Positions 1-14,984 of a DNA stretch of 64,000 bases are shown piece by piece. Source of the stretch: Eledone cirrhosa (Eukaryota); contig OZ024740.1 in NCBI GenBank assembly GCA_964016885.1, positions 401,822,001-401,886,000 of the forward strand. Direction: 5' to 3'. The stretch's first letter is position 1. Every line of letters starts with the position of its first letter. Position numbers and translations under genes: made by a program. Below the pieces are notes generated by a model that saw only the letters and a program-made list of their open reading frames with translations, was not told the DNA's origin and searched no databases.

Positions 1-139
1 AGGGAGAGAACAGGAAGACACATGGAAGTTTGGAAAATATTGTTAGGTTGTGAGTGGTAGGCGAGTGATCCGGCACTCGGTAGTGGGGGCCGAAATGAAG
101 GCTCCCGGGGTGACATGGATGTGGTTGTGTGTGTGTCGA

Positions 140-224
<85 letters not shown>

Positions 225-1187
225 TATATATATATGTACGCGCGCACACACACACACACACACAAACACACGAACAGGAATATAAACATATATTTATGTT
301 ATATGAATGCATTCGGTTCCGTCTGAGCAGAAACTCCTTAGTCAAAGATGATTTTAATATAATTTTTATGTAGGAAAAATCCGAAATCAGTGTGAAAGAA
401 ATATTTAATTACACCCAGTAGTAATTTACACTGCAGCTTCAGTTACATTGATAAACTTGTAAACTTCAATAATTAAGACAACAATTACATGGTGATAAAT
501 CCATATAAACTTCCATGGCCAGATACACGGTAACACAATCTAGCATAGACAAATATACGCACACCCTGACATATACATATAAACTATATATACATGTGCG
601 AGTGTGTACACTCCTGTAAGTAAACTATACATCTATACATACATGATATACAAAAACACACACTCACTCACACACACACTCACACACATTGAGATACACA
701 CACCTATATATATATAGTAATTAACTAATTACCACTGACTCTAATTAGCGTTATATATAGAATATTACGTTGATAAACTTTTCTATCAGCGTTGAATGTT
801 TCCATACTTAAATTTTCCGAATTCCTCTGCTTGGCATTTCAGTCTGATCTAATAATTATTAGATCAGATTATAATCTAATCACTACACTTAAAATGTGGG
901 CAAAACTGATAATGCTATTAATCACATATTATTTTATTGGAATCTGATATTGGATGACGACCATACTGCGGCATAACTTCAAGAGATTTAATTGGCTATA
1001 TCGAATCGAGAACATTGTGCTCTACATATATTCAAGTCCTGTGGGGAAAGTGTTACAAAGTATAAGAAAGTAAAGGAACGTAACTGACAGGAACAGCATT
1101 CAGTGGTGTATGTTATCTTCAAAGCATTGATTTGTTTTCTACCCATATATAAACACACACACACACACATTTATGTGTGTGTGCTTG

Positions 1188-1754
<567 letters not shown>

Positions 1755-2028
1755 TCACATTCATGCACACATAGACAAGTTTTAACACTTTCATTTATTC
1801 ATGCATTGCCAGTAGGTTTCAGTCCTGTGCCCGATATTCAAATTACATTTCCTCTCTCACTTGATTCCATCAGTGACTATAGTGGGATTCTACTGTAACA
1901 TATTACGATTTATGTCCAAACGAAATTAAGATATTCACAGAAAACACCCAGGAGAAAATACTTCAAATGTTAACTTTATCTTTGCTTGGTACGATTACAG
2001 TATATCACCCTGAGAGAATTATCAAGTG

Positions 2029-2152
<124 letters not shown>

Positions 2153-2292
2153 CACAAACACATGCGCGTGTTTATGCATGTATAATTGCAAGTAGCATTT
2201 ACATGAGCGCGCGTTTAAGTTAAATACAGACCAATAGATATGTATACTCATACGTCCATACACACAGACACATACATACACACCTCAACTTT

Positions 2293-2338
<46 letters not shown>

Positions 2339-2433
2339 GTTTATACATATATATATATATGTGTGTGTGTGTGTTATTTTTGTGTGCATATATCTATATA
2401 TGTATATTCATATATATATATATGTAATATATT

Positions 2434-2495
<62 letters not shown>

Positions 2496-2816
2496 ATATA
2501 TATATACACACACAAAAATAACACGCAAATACAAGAGATAGAATAGGGGCGCTGATAGGAGAAAGGCAATAGAGAAAAAGTGTTATTTTCGCTTTTCAGC
2601 AGGTCATATTTGCTTTCTTTCTCAATTTTCAAAAGTGTCTAGTTATGACGTATTTATCTCCTCAGTAGATATTAGCTTACCATGTGATGTCTATTTAACT
2701 CTGTTAATTTACCACATCTCTGTTAATCTCTTTCCTCCTCTCCCCGCATCTGTGTGAATATGTGTGTCAATATGTATATATAGCTAGATAAATACTTATA
2801 TACACACATACACACA

Positions 2817-2876
<60 letters not shown>

Positions 2877-2909
2877 TATATATTATATATATATATATGT
2901 GTGTGTGTA

Positions 2910-2962
<53 letters not shown>

Positions 2963-2969
2963 AAATATG

Positions 2970-3025
<56 letters not shown>

Positions 3026-3829
3026 TTATATGTATATATATATATATTTATATATATATATATATATTTTATATGTATATATATATATTTATATATATAT
3101 ATGTAATATATATATATATATATATACATATATGTATATATATATGTGCGTGTGTGTGAGAGTGTGTTTGTCAAACAAATATATATATACTTCTTACTGT
3201 AAGTCTCATAACACACACACAGTCACACCCACACCCACATATAAATATATGGGTGTTTAAGTTTGTCTCCCCGTTAATCATCATTTAAATCATCATTATC
3301 ATCATCTCTCTATCCATCATTTTTACATTTGTATTTCCCTTGTATGCATTAGTTTTTATTTTATGCAATAATTTATGAAATCTTGCTCATATTTGTTAAA
3401 CCGTACTTTCTTTTACTATTTTACTACCATTTAACACTTTTCTAATTTCCTCCCTTAATTTGCTGTATTTTGGTATTATTTACACCAAATAAAATTGTTT
3501 GCAGTTGCAGAATAAATTCCTCGCAGTTGAACAGTTGTAGAAACACTCTTTCATCTCAGCAAGGTCGCTTGAATTTACTAGGTTCAGTTTCATCGGCGGT
3601 TATGTTCTGCTTAATATGTGACCTTCACTCGATGTGATTATCGCCTACACCGTGATTCATCCGTATTTAGTCGATGAAATATAGTAACCGGATTCAAACA
3701 TTTTATTTTACTAAATGGAAAATGTGATAAAATTTTACAATAAGGAAACAGAAAATAGAAAATTAAAGAAAAAGTAAAATAGAATTAAGCAATAAAAGTA
3801 AGGGAGTGGGGGGAGCTATAGATTCTACA

Positions 3830-4460
3830 TCCATGTTTGAGCGGTGTTTCAGCTGCGCCTTGAGGACGAAATGGCAAAAACATTGCCGCGTAGTATAACC
3901 AACAACACCCACTGCAAAAGCTAGCCCACCTCACGGGGCTCGTTCCTGAGGGGGATAGCAGTCTTTCCGGTTTTACAGAGGAAATCAGCAGAACGGGATC
4001 GATGGCACTTGAGGACTCGATGGCGACCGGAAAAGAAAACGATCGCTCAAGCCCCAGTATTTAGTTATCTTCCTCCCCTGTGCAAATTTGGCTGTGGTGC
4101 CCGGGCATGCGGCAGAGAACGAGTCGCAACACGTCGCCTCACAAGTTAGACATTTACCTTCCTCCAATGATAAGACGATTATTTTTTCTGGACCCTTGCC
4201 GTCACCTCAGTCGAGTCAAGCCATCTTCAGTTGTGACATAAGCTCCACAATGGGCACTTGAATAGATCACATCCACAGAGGCCGAGGTGCGGTGCCACTG
4301 TCAAAGCTAACATTGCAGATGAGTTGAGCACAGTGCCAGTTGTTGGCGAGAGAGACAAGGCGCACTAAGCAGAGTGAAGGGGAGATTGGGGAAGTGAAGC
4401 AGTTCCTCGGGAAGAAGAGCACCGCATGCAGGTATCTGAGGTGCAGTCTCTCTAACATCC
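3830..4460 (-). mobile_element. CRE-clade non-LTR retrotransposon remnant (restriction-like endonuclease region)
   Basis: Minus-strand translation GDGKGPEK..EEGKCLTCEATCCDSF..AQGRKITKY.GL.DRFLF resembles the CRE motif DGKRPDG..PW..GK.L.WDATC.DT..AE..K..KY..L..F; frameshifted. Confidence 0.65.
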
Positions 4461-5086
4461 TCTTCTGAGTTAAATTGATTTTATAGAATCCTACGAATCT
4501 TTGATCGGCCACGCCCGAGCACAATCTACAAGCGTTTAGTTGTATCTAAAAAATATATATATATTATTTACCTGCTGTAATTATTTTTACATATAGTAAT
4601 ATGCAAATTTGGGTGACCTACAAAGACAGAACATAAAAGGCCGAAAACGAGATAAAACTAGAGATCCTTTCATTCGTCAGGGTTCGATAAAATAATGTAC
4701 TGGAGTCATTATAATCGCACCTCACACTCCCAACCACCACAAAAGAAAAAATATAACATTGTGTTCTTCAATTAAAAATCATTATTGTAAGCCTTTATTG
4801 ATAATGTTTTCGTGGATGACTAGATCAATGTCAATTATGGTTTTGTCAAGGGATTAAACAAAACGAGAATTAAGAGTTTGATTTTTCGCGAGACCTGCAC
4901 TGTTAGCACACAGCACAAAACATTGACTATTTCATCTTCTATATATTGTTGATGTTTTTCATCACTTTTCATATTTAAAAATGGATTTACACATTTTACT
5001 CTTTATGAATTTATAGTTGTATATTATAATTATATATTTCACACGTAATTAACACAAACAGATATAAACGCAAACAGAAGTACAAA

Positions 5087-5168
<82 letters not shown>

Positions 5169-5319
5169 CACACAAACTTAACAAAACCCATATCGTTGCG
5201 TTTCTTCGTGTTTTCGTTGTAGAATTGAATTTAATAATATGCTAAAAATCATCCCATAGACATAGTGCTCTACTCCCTGGATAGCTTTATCAAATTATAT
5301 ATATATATATATATAATAT

Positions 5320-5485
<166 letters not shown>

Positions 5486-5498
5486 GTATATAGAACAT

Positions 5499-5568
<70 letters not shown>

Positions 5569-5574
5569 GTATAT

Positions 5575-5627
<53 letters not shown>

Positions 5628-5673
5628 CCTTATCGAGCCCACTTTGGATTTTAGTCTTCAAATTTATTATTAT

Positions 5674-5721
<48 letters not shown>

Positions 5722-5723
<2 letters not shown>

Positions 5724-5912
5724 ATAACAGATTAAAGTTTAAGCAAAGATTCGCTGCATTCACCCTTATCGTTAAGGGAGAAAACAGAGATTCTTTGCTT
5801 AAACTTTAATGTGTTATTTTAATAAATATTTGCTCTACGGTTCTTATATATTTAATATATATTTATTCTTATCGAGCTCCCTTTGGATTTTAGTCTTCAA
5901 ATTTATTATTAT

Positions 5913-5918
<6 letters not shown>
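5722..5918 (+). mobile_element. Fold-back element, family H (centre ~5770, tail ~5825-5918); separate tail-only fragment at 5625-5678
   Basis: ataacagattaaagtttaagcaaaga..ccctta / taaggg..tctttgcttaaactttaat.tgttat. The tail has GCTC (5832) and GAGC (5874). Confidence 0.85.
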
Positions 5919-5975
<57 letters not shown>

Positions 5976-5983
<8 letters not shown>

Positions 5984-6361
5984 TATAAATATTAATAAAA
6001 TAGATATTCTATTGATCAATTACATTTTATTATACATATTTCGGATGTACAACAGTACGTCGTCATCAGACAAAATATAATGATACATAACATACCCTGA
6101 GATGTTAAATGGTTAAGATTTAATCATGTAACATCTCAGGGTATGTCATGTATCATTATATTTTGTGTGATGAGGACGTACTGTTGTACATCCGAAATAT
6201 GTATAATAAAATGTAATTGATGAAAAGAACATCTATTTTATTAATATTTATATTTTAATATTAATAACTCCAGGAAATTTTTTTTTTCAGTGTAGAGTGC
6301 TTCCAATCTACTGTAAAACTCATTCTTTGACATACTCATCGAATAGTGTTTAACACTTTAA
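5976..6361 (+). mobile_element. Fold-back PLE-type terminal element, family A (inverted arms ~5976-6110 / ~6125-6260, tail 6261-6361)
   Basis: Arms are reverse complements with scattered mismatches, each carrying a hammerhead fold. The tail has ACTC (6267) and GAGTGCTT (6295). Both ends abut (TA)n. Confidence 0.85.
6159..6213 (+). ncRNA. Minimal type I hammerhead ribozyme (C3 mutated in this arm; intact CTGATGA on the minus strand at 6023-6077)
   Basis: tattttgt-[g/c]TGATGA-ggacgtac tgtt gtacatcc-GAAA-tatgta-TA-ataaaatg; stems I, II and III all pair. Confidence 0.75.
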
Positions 6362-6668
6362 TATATATATATATATATACACACAAATAAGATGAAACCG
6401 TTTATTTGGTTTAATATTCATGTGCCGCTTGGCACATACCCGTAACAATGCTATCATCCTCATCGTTATCATCACCACCATTATATATCATAGTCGTCTT
6501 CACCATCATCACCATTATTATCAACATCTTAAACACCATCATCGTCTCTATAAAATATGATTCCTGTTGCTGTTAAACATTGGTAAATACACTTAAGGGC
6601 TTCACATATGATCTCTTCATATATCCTCTATATAACATGGTCAACGGTACAAAAAAGGGGTTTTATTT

Positions 6669-6731
<63 letters not shown>

Positions 6732-6827
6732 ATATAATATATAATATATAAAATAATATTATGTATGTATATATATATATACATACATAATATTATTTTA
6801 TATATTATATATTATATTATATTATAT

Positions 6828-7006
6828 TGCAAGTATCGGTAGAGAGTCGGACGCCATGCTTTGAAGCATAGAGTTACCTCCCTGTATGATCTGAGTTCAA
6901 ATCCCGCCGAGGTTCACTTTGCCTTTCATCGTTACGGGGTCGATAAAATAAAGTACCAGTAATGCACTGGGTAATTGCTGGCCTTGTGCCAAAAGTAGAA
7001 ATAATT
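6828..7006 (+). mobile_element. tRNA-derived SINE (abundant family)
   Basis: B-box gagttcaaatcc followed by aggttcactttgcctttcatc..ggggtcgataaaataaagtaccag..ggccttgtgccaaaagtagaaa. Confidence 0.85.
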
Positions 7007-7423
7007 ATATAATATATATAAATATATATATATATGTATATATATATATTGGGGGGGGGGGGGCTCTGAGTGTGTTTGCACATATATGTGATTGTTTGTG
7101 TCTGTGTGTGCGCGCGTGTGTATATATGTGTGTTTACGAGTGTTGCCTGAGCGTGTGAATATGTATAAGATACGAGGGTAAAAGAGACCAAGAGATTTTG
7201 AAATAAGATTTTGTTTCTTTATGGGTCCTCACACGCAAGTATCTACCATTGATATATATATAATTATATACATATTCATGTATGTGTGTGTATGTGTATA
7301 TGAGAGAGATATATTGGTCATTATAAACAAGTAATTACATCAACATTCATGCTCTGCTCACAGATGTACACCTAAACACACACACATATGCACCCGCATA
7401 CCTTCGCGCACGAATACTCACAT

Positions 7424-7710
7424 ACATCATCATCATCATCATCATCATCATCACCGTTTTCACGTCCGTTCTTCCATGCTAGCATGGGTTAGACGGGGTG
7501 TCCTGTTGTGGGCGGTGTCTGGTCGGCTGACCATGCCTTGCTCATACAGGAACTGTTTTGGGCTTGATTTCTACAGCTGGATGCCCTTCCTAACACCAAC
7601 CTCATTTACAGTGAGTCCTGGGTGCTTTTTCCGTGGCGCCAACACGTCATCTTTACAGTGTGGGCTGGGTGGTTTTTTGCCGTGGCACCTCCACGACCAC
7701 CTTGTAGTGG
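7424..7710 (-). mobile_element. RTE-type 3'-end fragment (same family as 24510-24682)
   Basis: (cat)n ccgttttcacgtcc..ccatgctagcatgggttagacg..ctacagctggatgcccttcctaa. Confidence 0.7.
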
Positions 7711-8099
7711 GAGGGTGTGGGGGCATATTGTCTATATGCTTCAGCTTGTACCCATGGAAGGTCGGGTACTCTGTACATGTATGTATATATTTATTTATAT
7801 ATGTATGTGTGTATGTGTGTATATATGTGTAATTTTTTGTATGTATATATTTATGTATGTGTGTACGTGTGATTATATGTATGTATATATGTATGTATCT
7901 CTGGGTACATTAAAGATGTAGACATCTGCTGAAAAAAGAAAGCAAATTAGTTCCAATTCGTCTGTTTTAAGTTAATATTTACTTATTAAATAATCATGAA
8001 TATTTTATGTTAGACACAACGTTAAGTGTTTTGCCGAGAGAAAGATACTGATGACACCTCAACGGAATACTACCGTTGTCATAAACATTTCCTACATCA

Positions 8100-8100
8100 T

Positions 8101-8138
<38 letters not shown>

Positions 8139-8174
8139 TTACTAGTATTACCACCAACGCCACTACTACTACTG

Positions 8175-8220
<46 letters not shown>

Positions 8221-8274
8221 CACGCCCACCACTACCACCAGCGCCACCACCACCACCACCACCACTACTACTAC

Positions 8275-8305
<31 letters not shown>

Positions 8306-8325
8306 GCTACTGCTGCTACTGCTAC
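8100..8325. repeat. (ACT)n/(ACC)n compound microsatellite
   Basis: Direct inspection. Confidence 0.95.
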
Positions 8326-8394
8326 AATTACGTCTGATAATATAGATGTTAATGTTATTAACAATATATTAGTGCTTTTTATCATCGTTATTGA

Positions 8395-8496
8395 TAATTG
8401 TTTCAATTTTAGGCACAAGGCCAGCAATTATCCCAATGCATTACTGGTACTTTATTTTATCGACCCCGTATGGATGAAAGGCAAAGTTAACCTCGA
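8395..8496 (-). mobile_element. SINE 3' fragment
   Basis: Reverse complement of the 6905-7006 body. Confidence 0.8.
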
Positions 8497-8794
8497 TTGA
8501 TAATGATGTATGATGGTGGCGTTGGTGGTGGTGATGACATGATGCTGGCCGTTGTGTTAGAGCTGCTGCTGCTTATTGTGATAATAATGATAGTGGTAGT
8601 GATGTTGATGATGATGGTAGTGTTGATGATGATGATAATGTCGTGGTGATGGTGATGTTGGTATAGTGTGTAGCGTTGATCGTGGTGTTGGTGAGGGAGA
8701 TGATAAATGTAGTGGTGCTGATGATGGTACATCAGCTGCAGCTGTTGGTGGCCATAATGTTTATCATGGTGGTGATGGTCGTTGTGATGAATGC

Positions 8795-8897
<103 letters not shown>

Positions 8898-9583
8898 AGA
8901 GTAAAATAAGATAAACATTAAGAATTGATTTTTATACTCTACGCCTAATTTGTTGTTGTCATTGTTGTTGACGTTTGTTGTTATTTTGTTTGTAGCAATT
9001 TAGCTCCCGATAATATAAAATAGAATGGGGTAGATGAACGAATAAATAGGGGTATATGATCTTAAACGGGGACATAATAGCCTCAAGTTTTAGTGCTTTT
9101 CTACTTGCAAGAAGATAATATACAATATATGTGCATTTTTATACACGTAAACACCAAATATGAATCATATGCATTTAGTACACATAACTAAACTACTTGA
9201 CGGTCATTTCGAAACGGGCTTTCGACTTATAACTCCCATTACGGGGCAATATATTCATCTAGATGTGCCTTCTATCAGTTTTTCATTGGCCTGGATCCCC
9301 ATCAGCTGAGATCAGGCTGGAGATCTGCCGGATGATCAAAGCTGACCTTGATATATACAATAACTAAAGCAATACAACTTCTCATTCAGTATTTATCCGT
9401 ATCGATCTATCGAGAGTGTCTAAATACGGTTGTTCAGCAGGCTAGAAATAAATACAAGCTTAGGAAACGAAGGACATTCTAACATGTGGTTCTGAATTAT
9501 GTTTTGATAAAGGCAGACGGACAGCACAGAGAACTTGCTTAGGGTTAAACTACAACTAATACTCTTTACCGATCATTAACATT

Positions 9584-9690
9584 TCCCGTCGAGGTTAACT
9601 TTGCTTTTCATCCTTACGGGGTCGATAAAATAAAGTACCAGTAATGTACTGTAATAATTGCTGGCCTTATACCAAAAGTAGAAACAATTA
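9584..9690 (+). mobile_element. SINE 3' fragment
   Basis: gaggttaactttgcttttcatccttacggggtcgataaaataaagtaccag. Confidence 0.8.
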
Positions 9691-10394
9691 ACATTTCTTA
9701 CACACAGTTGTATTTTTTATGTAGTGAGTTATTTCATACAAAGTCATATACGTAGGTTGGCTATTTGATTCGAATTTGGTTTTGACATCCAAATCTATCC
9801 TCACCGATATTCCTCTGGCTATCAAATGGTATAAGTGATATATAATATGATTTTGTTTATTCAGCAATTGCCAGTAACGCCCGTGTCGTAATGTAATTAT
9901 TATATATCTTCTCAATACAGTAAAATATGAACGAATGTAAGGGAGAAATGGACGAAAAGACAATGCAAATTTCATACATACACACACATACACACACACA
10001 CATACACACATACACACACACACACGTACACAAACACACACACACAGACACACATATATATATATATAAGCAAAAGGGATATTCAATTTGTTGGTAATTG
10101 AACAAATATAAATGTTTATCACATAAATTGTTAATTCCTTTTAAATTAACGTAAATACAAGCTCTTCTTTCTTTTTTTCTTCTTCCTACTCATACATATA
10201 TCCTAATTATTTAAATTCTGCATAGCGTCTAAAATAACGTTTTTTTCCGCCTTATACCTCAACCTCATTTGCATACTCATCTTAATAATTTGAAATATCT
10301 GACTTTTCTTCTCTTTTCCTTCACTATCCAAGAAAAACTTGAACCGTTAAGGTATCTTTTCTTGGTTATGTCAAAATTTATAAAACAAACTTTG

Positions 10395-10455
10395 TATTTT
10401 ATCTGATGAAAGCGTACCAAAGTTTTGGTACCCTTGAAATATATATAATAGAATA
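10395..10455 (+). ncRNA. Minimal type I hammerhead ribozyme in a family-B-related fragment
   Basis: tattttat-CTGATGA-aagcgtaccaaa gt tttggtaccctt-GAAA-tatata-TA-atagaata. The downstream 40 bp match family B. Confidence 0.85.
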
Positions 10456-10503
10456 AATATGGCTTTATAAATATAGCTTCCATTTATTTAATATCATTGT
10501 ATG

Positions 10504-10547
<44 letters not shown>

Positions 10548-10549
10548 TA

Positions 10550-10591
<42 letters not shown>

Positions 10592-10619
10592 CGTGTCTGT
10601 ATATATATATAATATATAT

Positions 10620-10724
10620 AGTAATAATAATAAATGCGAAGACTAAATTACAAAGAGGGCTCGATTCGGATAAATATATATCAAATATATAAGAACCCTT
10701 GAGCAACTATTTATTAATCTGCTA

Positions 10725-10731
<7 letters not shown>
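10620..10731 (-). mobile_element. Family H-related tail fragment
   Basis: gtaataataataaat..aagactaaa..caaagagggctcgat..aagaacc..gagcaa matches 55033-55110. Confidence 0.8.
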
Positions 10732-10760
<29 letters not shown>

Positions 10761-10766
<6 letters not shown>

Positions 10767-11199
10767 ATTAAATAAATGGAAACTATATTTATAAAACCAT
10801 ATTTATTTCATTATATATATTTCAGGGATATCATATTAACAATATGCTATGCCTTCCTCAGACAAAATACAATATAAACAGTTTTATAGATAAATAGATT
10901 CGACATACCGTAACAACATCGACTTGCATTTGAAGAGGTTGATGCAAGTCGATGTTGTTACGGTATGTCGAATCTATTTATCTATAAAACTGTTTATATT
11001 GTATTTTGTCTGAGGAAGGCATAGCATATTGTTAATATGATATCCCTGAAATATATATAATGAAATAAATATGGTTTTATAAATATAGTTTCCATTTATT
11101 TAATATTGTAAATATACTCCAAATATTTGTCGAGTGCTTTTATATCAGTTATAAATATTTACTAGTTGTAACCCAACAATTTTAAATATAACTTTCCAT
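10761..11199 (+). mobile_element. Fold-back element, family B (169-bp arms 10761-10929 / 10942-11110, tail 11111-11199)
   Basis: Arms appear perfect by eye, with a 12-nt loop ttgaagaggttg. The tail has ACTC (11116) and GAGTGCTT (11132). Embedded in (TA)n. Confidence 0.9.
11002..11067 (+). ncRNA. Minimal type I hammerhead ribozyme (mirror copy on the minus strand in the left arm)
   Basis: tattttgt-CTGAGGA-aggcatagcatatt gtt aatatgatatccct-GAAA-tatata-TA-atgaaata. Confidence 0.85.
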
Positions 11200-11404
11200 A
11201 TATATATATATATATATATAAATATATATATATATGTGTATATATATATATGTACATATATGTATATATATATGTATATATATAAATATATATATATATG
11301 TGTATTTATATATATGTACATATATGTATATATATAAATATATATATATATGTGTATTTATATATATGTACATATATGTATATATATATGTATATATATA
11401 CATG

Positions 11405-11440
<36 letters not shown>

Positions 11441-11460
11441 TGTATATATTTATATATATA

Positions 11461-11629
<169 letters not shown>

Positions 11630-11649
11630 GTATATATATATACATATAT

Positions 11650-11694
<45 letters not shown>

Positions 11695-12152
11695 CATACA
11701 TACATACACATAGGATATTTGAGTATATATGTCATTGAGCAGTGATCTTTAATAATTCCTTCTTTGGAATGATGATTCTCCATATCTAACTATCCCATCA
11801 ATTAAGTAATTTGGTTTTATTCTTTCATTCTAAACTGAATTATATTAAATATTAAGATTACTAATCATACAACAGACATAGTTGATTATGAAGATATACT
11901 TATTATAATTTAAAAAAAATGTTCTAAGCAGCATCAGAATTTAATTCTCCTGCCATAGAAGACTCCATGTTGGTTTGAACAAATCACAATCCTAATGCGT
12001 CTGTTTTCGGGCATGATTATAGATTTATATGTACGTACATTAAAACGTACACAGAAAGAATATTAAATGCTTCAAATATTAGAATAAACATATATACACA
12101 TGATTGACACACACTCACTCACACACACACACACACATACACACACACACAC

Positions 12153-12192
<40 letters not shown>

Positions 12193-12261
12193 ATTCATAC
12201 ACACACACATATTTATAAATATCTCTCTCCCCACCCAGCCATCGCTCTCTATGTCTGTCTA

Positions 12262-12293
<32 letters not shown>

Positions 12294-13747
12294 CACACGC
12301 GTATATATATATGCAGAAACACTCGCATACATATAAAGTTATTCTAAAATTAATCAAAGATTTAGACGAAAATCTGAATTTTATTAAATTAGATTAGATA
12401 TTATTTTATTGGGTATTATTTTTAATTTATTCCTAATTAAATGCAAATTTAATATATAGTTGAAAGTAAATAATGATACTTTTCAATTAAATACTAAGCT
12501 AACAAAATGTCTATACATATATGGCTGTTATATATTAACTATTAAAGCAATAATAACTTATATCACATTTTTGTCGTTAGAAATTAAAATATGTATTTTT
12601 ATCCTTTCGTTTTGAAATTCAAAACACAAATATTTTAAAAAGAATATATGGTGGCGGGAAAGAAGAAATTTGAAGGGATGATTGAACAATCAACATCACT
12701 TCCCATCGTCAATGCATGCGTGCAATGATGCGAGTCGATAAATCATAAACTGTAGTTATAGATTGACTTGCCTTGAATAATTATGAGCTCACTCTAACCA
12801 CTGAATTTTTTCCGCCTCTCTAAACCCAAACGTTAACGTTATCTTCGCTCTCTATAGCATTGTAATTCCGCCATTGTGAGATGATCCTTCAACACACATA
12901 TTTCTCTATATCTCGGCAACAGTCAATGAGCCAATGAATGAATGAGGGAGTCTCTTTAATGTGGCCATTCGGCCTGCTTGAAATAGTAGCCAAGTACCCT
13001 CATAGTTGATCTAGATACAGTAGATACAACCTGCATAATAAATGTTTAAAATATATGGTTACTCATGAAATGTTGTTAATTCTATGTGTGATTGACACGA
13101 GCTATAAATAAGGGTTAAACCTGGGTTCTTCGGCCTGGACTATTGATCTGCCATAAATAGTATCTGAAACTCCTTCAAATCAGACCGTTACTCATATAAA
13201 ATGAAGGTCACATTAGATGGTGACGTCTGTGTCTGTGGGTTACAAAACAACAAAAATAAAAGGGGATACGATGATCATGTTCTAATTCAGTCCAGAGTGA
13301 TTAGGGGCTGGAGTAACAACAAAAACAGCAAAAATATGACAGTAGCTTTCACTCCTTCACCCCATTGTTAATCAAAGGGAAACATTTGTTTTTGTATGGA
13401 GAAAGGAGAGGGATAAACCTTCAGTAAATATTGAAAGGCAGCAAAGGTTAAATCAATCCATTTGCCATTCACCCCTGGTTCCAATCCTTAATTATTTTTT
13501 TGTTCTCTGTATCCTTCCTCAGTAAATTACTTCAGAATTGTTCTACCATACACAGCCTATGATCTTTCTCATACTTATAAAATTCCTATAAGCACGTGTG
13601 TATGGATGTGTATATATGCATATTGATGTTGTTATATATGTATATATATATTTGTATTCACACAATTATATGCATATGTATATACGAACACACACATACA
13701 GCCAAACACAGACATATATAAGTATGTACACACACACACACACACAC

Positions 13748-13838
<91 letters not shown>

Positions 13839-14274
13839 GAGAAAGAGGGTGTTACGAACTCTTTTCACGCACACAAATGCTTTCCAAATGAACCTTTACA
13901 ACTAATCACACTAACTCAAATATTACCCAATTCTCATCCGTATAATGGGCTGCTGCTATCAATGAAAATGTATTGTTTTTTCCTCACCTACATGTTTATT
14001 TTGATGAAATCTTTGTACGTTCTCTTTTCCTATAATCCTTCTATTACCGTCCCCTTTCCCCTTAATTTTCTCTCACTTTTAATTTCTTTCTCCCATTTCT
14101 TTTCCTAATTGTTTTCCAAAATTTAGTTGCTTCTCTCTCTCACGCGTGTCTCCCAGGTTCTAGAAATCCTCATTTTACTCATTTTAATCATCGCCCTCTC
14201 AATTCACTGTAACATCCGCCCTCCTCTCTCCCCCTCTCTCTCATTCTCTGTCTCTCTCTATATATATGTATATG

Positions 14275-14305
<31 letters not shown>

Positions 14306-14325
14306 GTAATACATGTATATATATG

Positions 14326-14528
<203 letters not shown>

Positions 14529-14559
14529 ATGCATATATATATACATATATAATTTGAAA

Positions 14560-14730
14560 AACTATGTAGTTTAAAAATAGTTACTCAACGGAGTACTCGA
14601 TACTTAGAATAGTAGAGTATGGCTATATTATGAATGGTCTGAACTCCACTGCTGAGCTCTTACCGTTTCAACAGTTCCGGAACTAGCTGTTGAACTGAAA
14701 CGGTATTAGATCAGCCGTCGGGTCTCGGCT
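14560..14730 (-). mobile_element. Diverged family-D-like fold-back element
   Basis: Hairpin taccgtttca..tgaaacggta. The reverse-complement tail atactctactattctaagtatcgagtactcc resembles the family D tail, and acccgacggctgatctaataccgtttc resembles the family D arm. Confidence 0.6.
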
Positions 14731-14744
14731 TTTTATAATATATG

Positions 14745-14936
14745 TAATATATAGAAATGGCTTCTACAGACTAGAATTGTTTCATTCGGGAGAAATTATC
14801 AGGGCTTCCTGATGATTTCTTCCGAACGAAACAGTTCTAGTCCTGTAGAAGCCATTTCTGTATTAAATATTTATACTCTGCTTTGTATTGAGTACCTTAC
14901 TTACTGTGGTTATCCCCGATTGAACCCGAGATGAAC

Positions 14937-14938
<2 letters not shown>
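14745..14938 (+). mobile_element. Fold-back element, family C (centre ~14805, tail ~14871-14938)
   Basis: agaaatggcttctacag..atcagg / cctgat..ctgtagaagccatttct inverted arms. The tail has ACTC (14875) and GAGTAC (14890). This copy ends in (CA)n. Confidence 0.85.
14803..14853 (+). ncRNA. Type I hammerhead ribozyme
   Basis: ggcttc-CTGATGA-tttc ttcc gaac-GAAA-cag ttctagtc ctg-TA-gaagcc. Stem I is a perfect 6 bp and covaries with the copy at 62314-62364. Confidence 0.82.

Positions 14939-14984
<46 letters not shown>

Noticed and set aside
841-870. 30-bp palindrome agtctgatctaataattattagatcagatt
   Set aside because: Short and AT-rich, with no tail, ribozyme or second copy.
8051-8500. Thr-rich mucin-like ORF
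   Set aside because: (ACT)n microsatellite running into an antisense SINE; no splice or domain evidence.
10761-11110. Palindromes as pure sequencing or assembly fold-back artefacts
   Set aside because: Most have mismatched arms, unique spacers, one-sided tails and a shared boundary rule. An artefact cannot be excluded for the perfect ones without reads.
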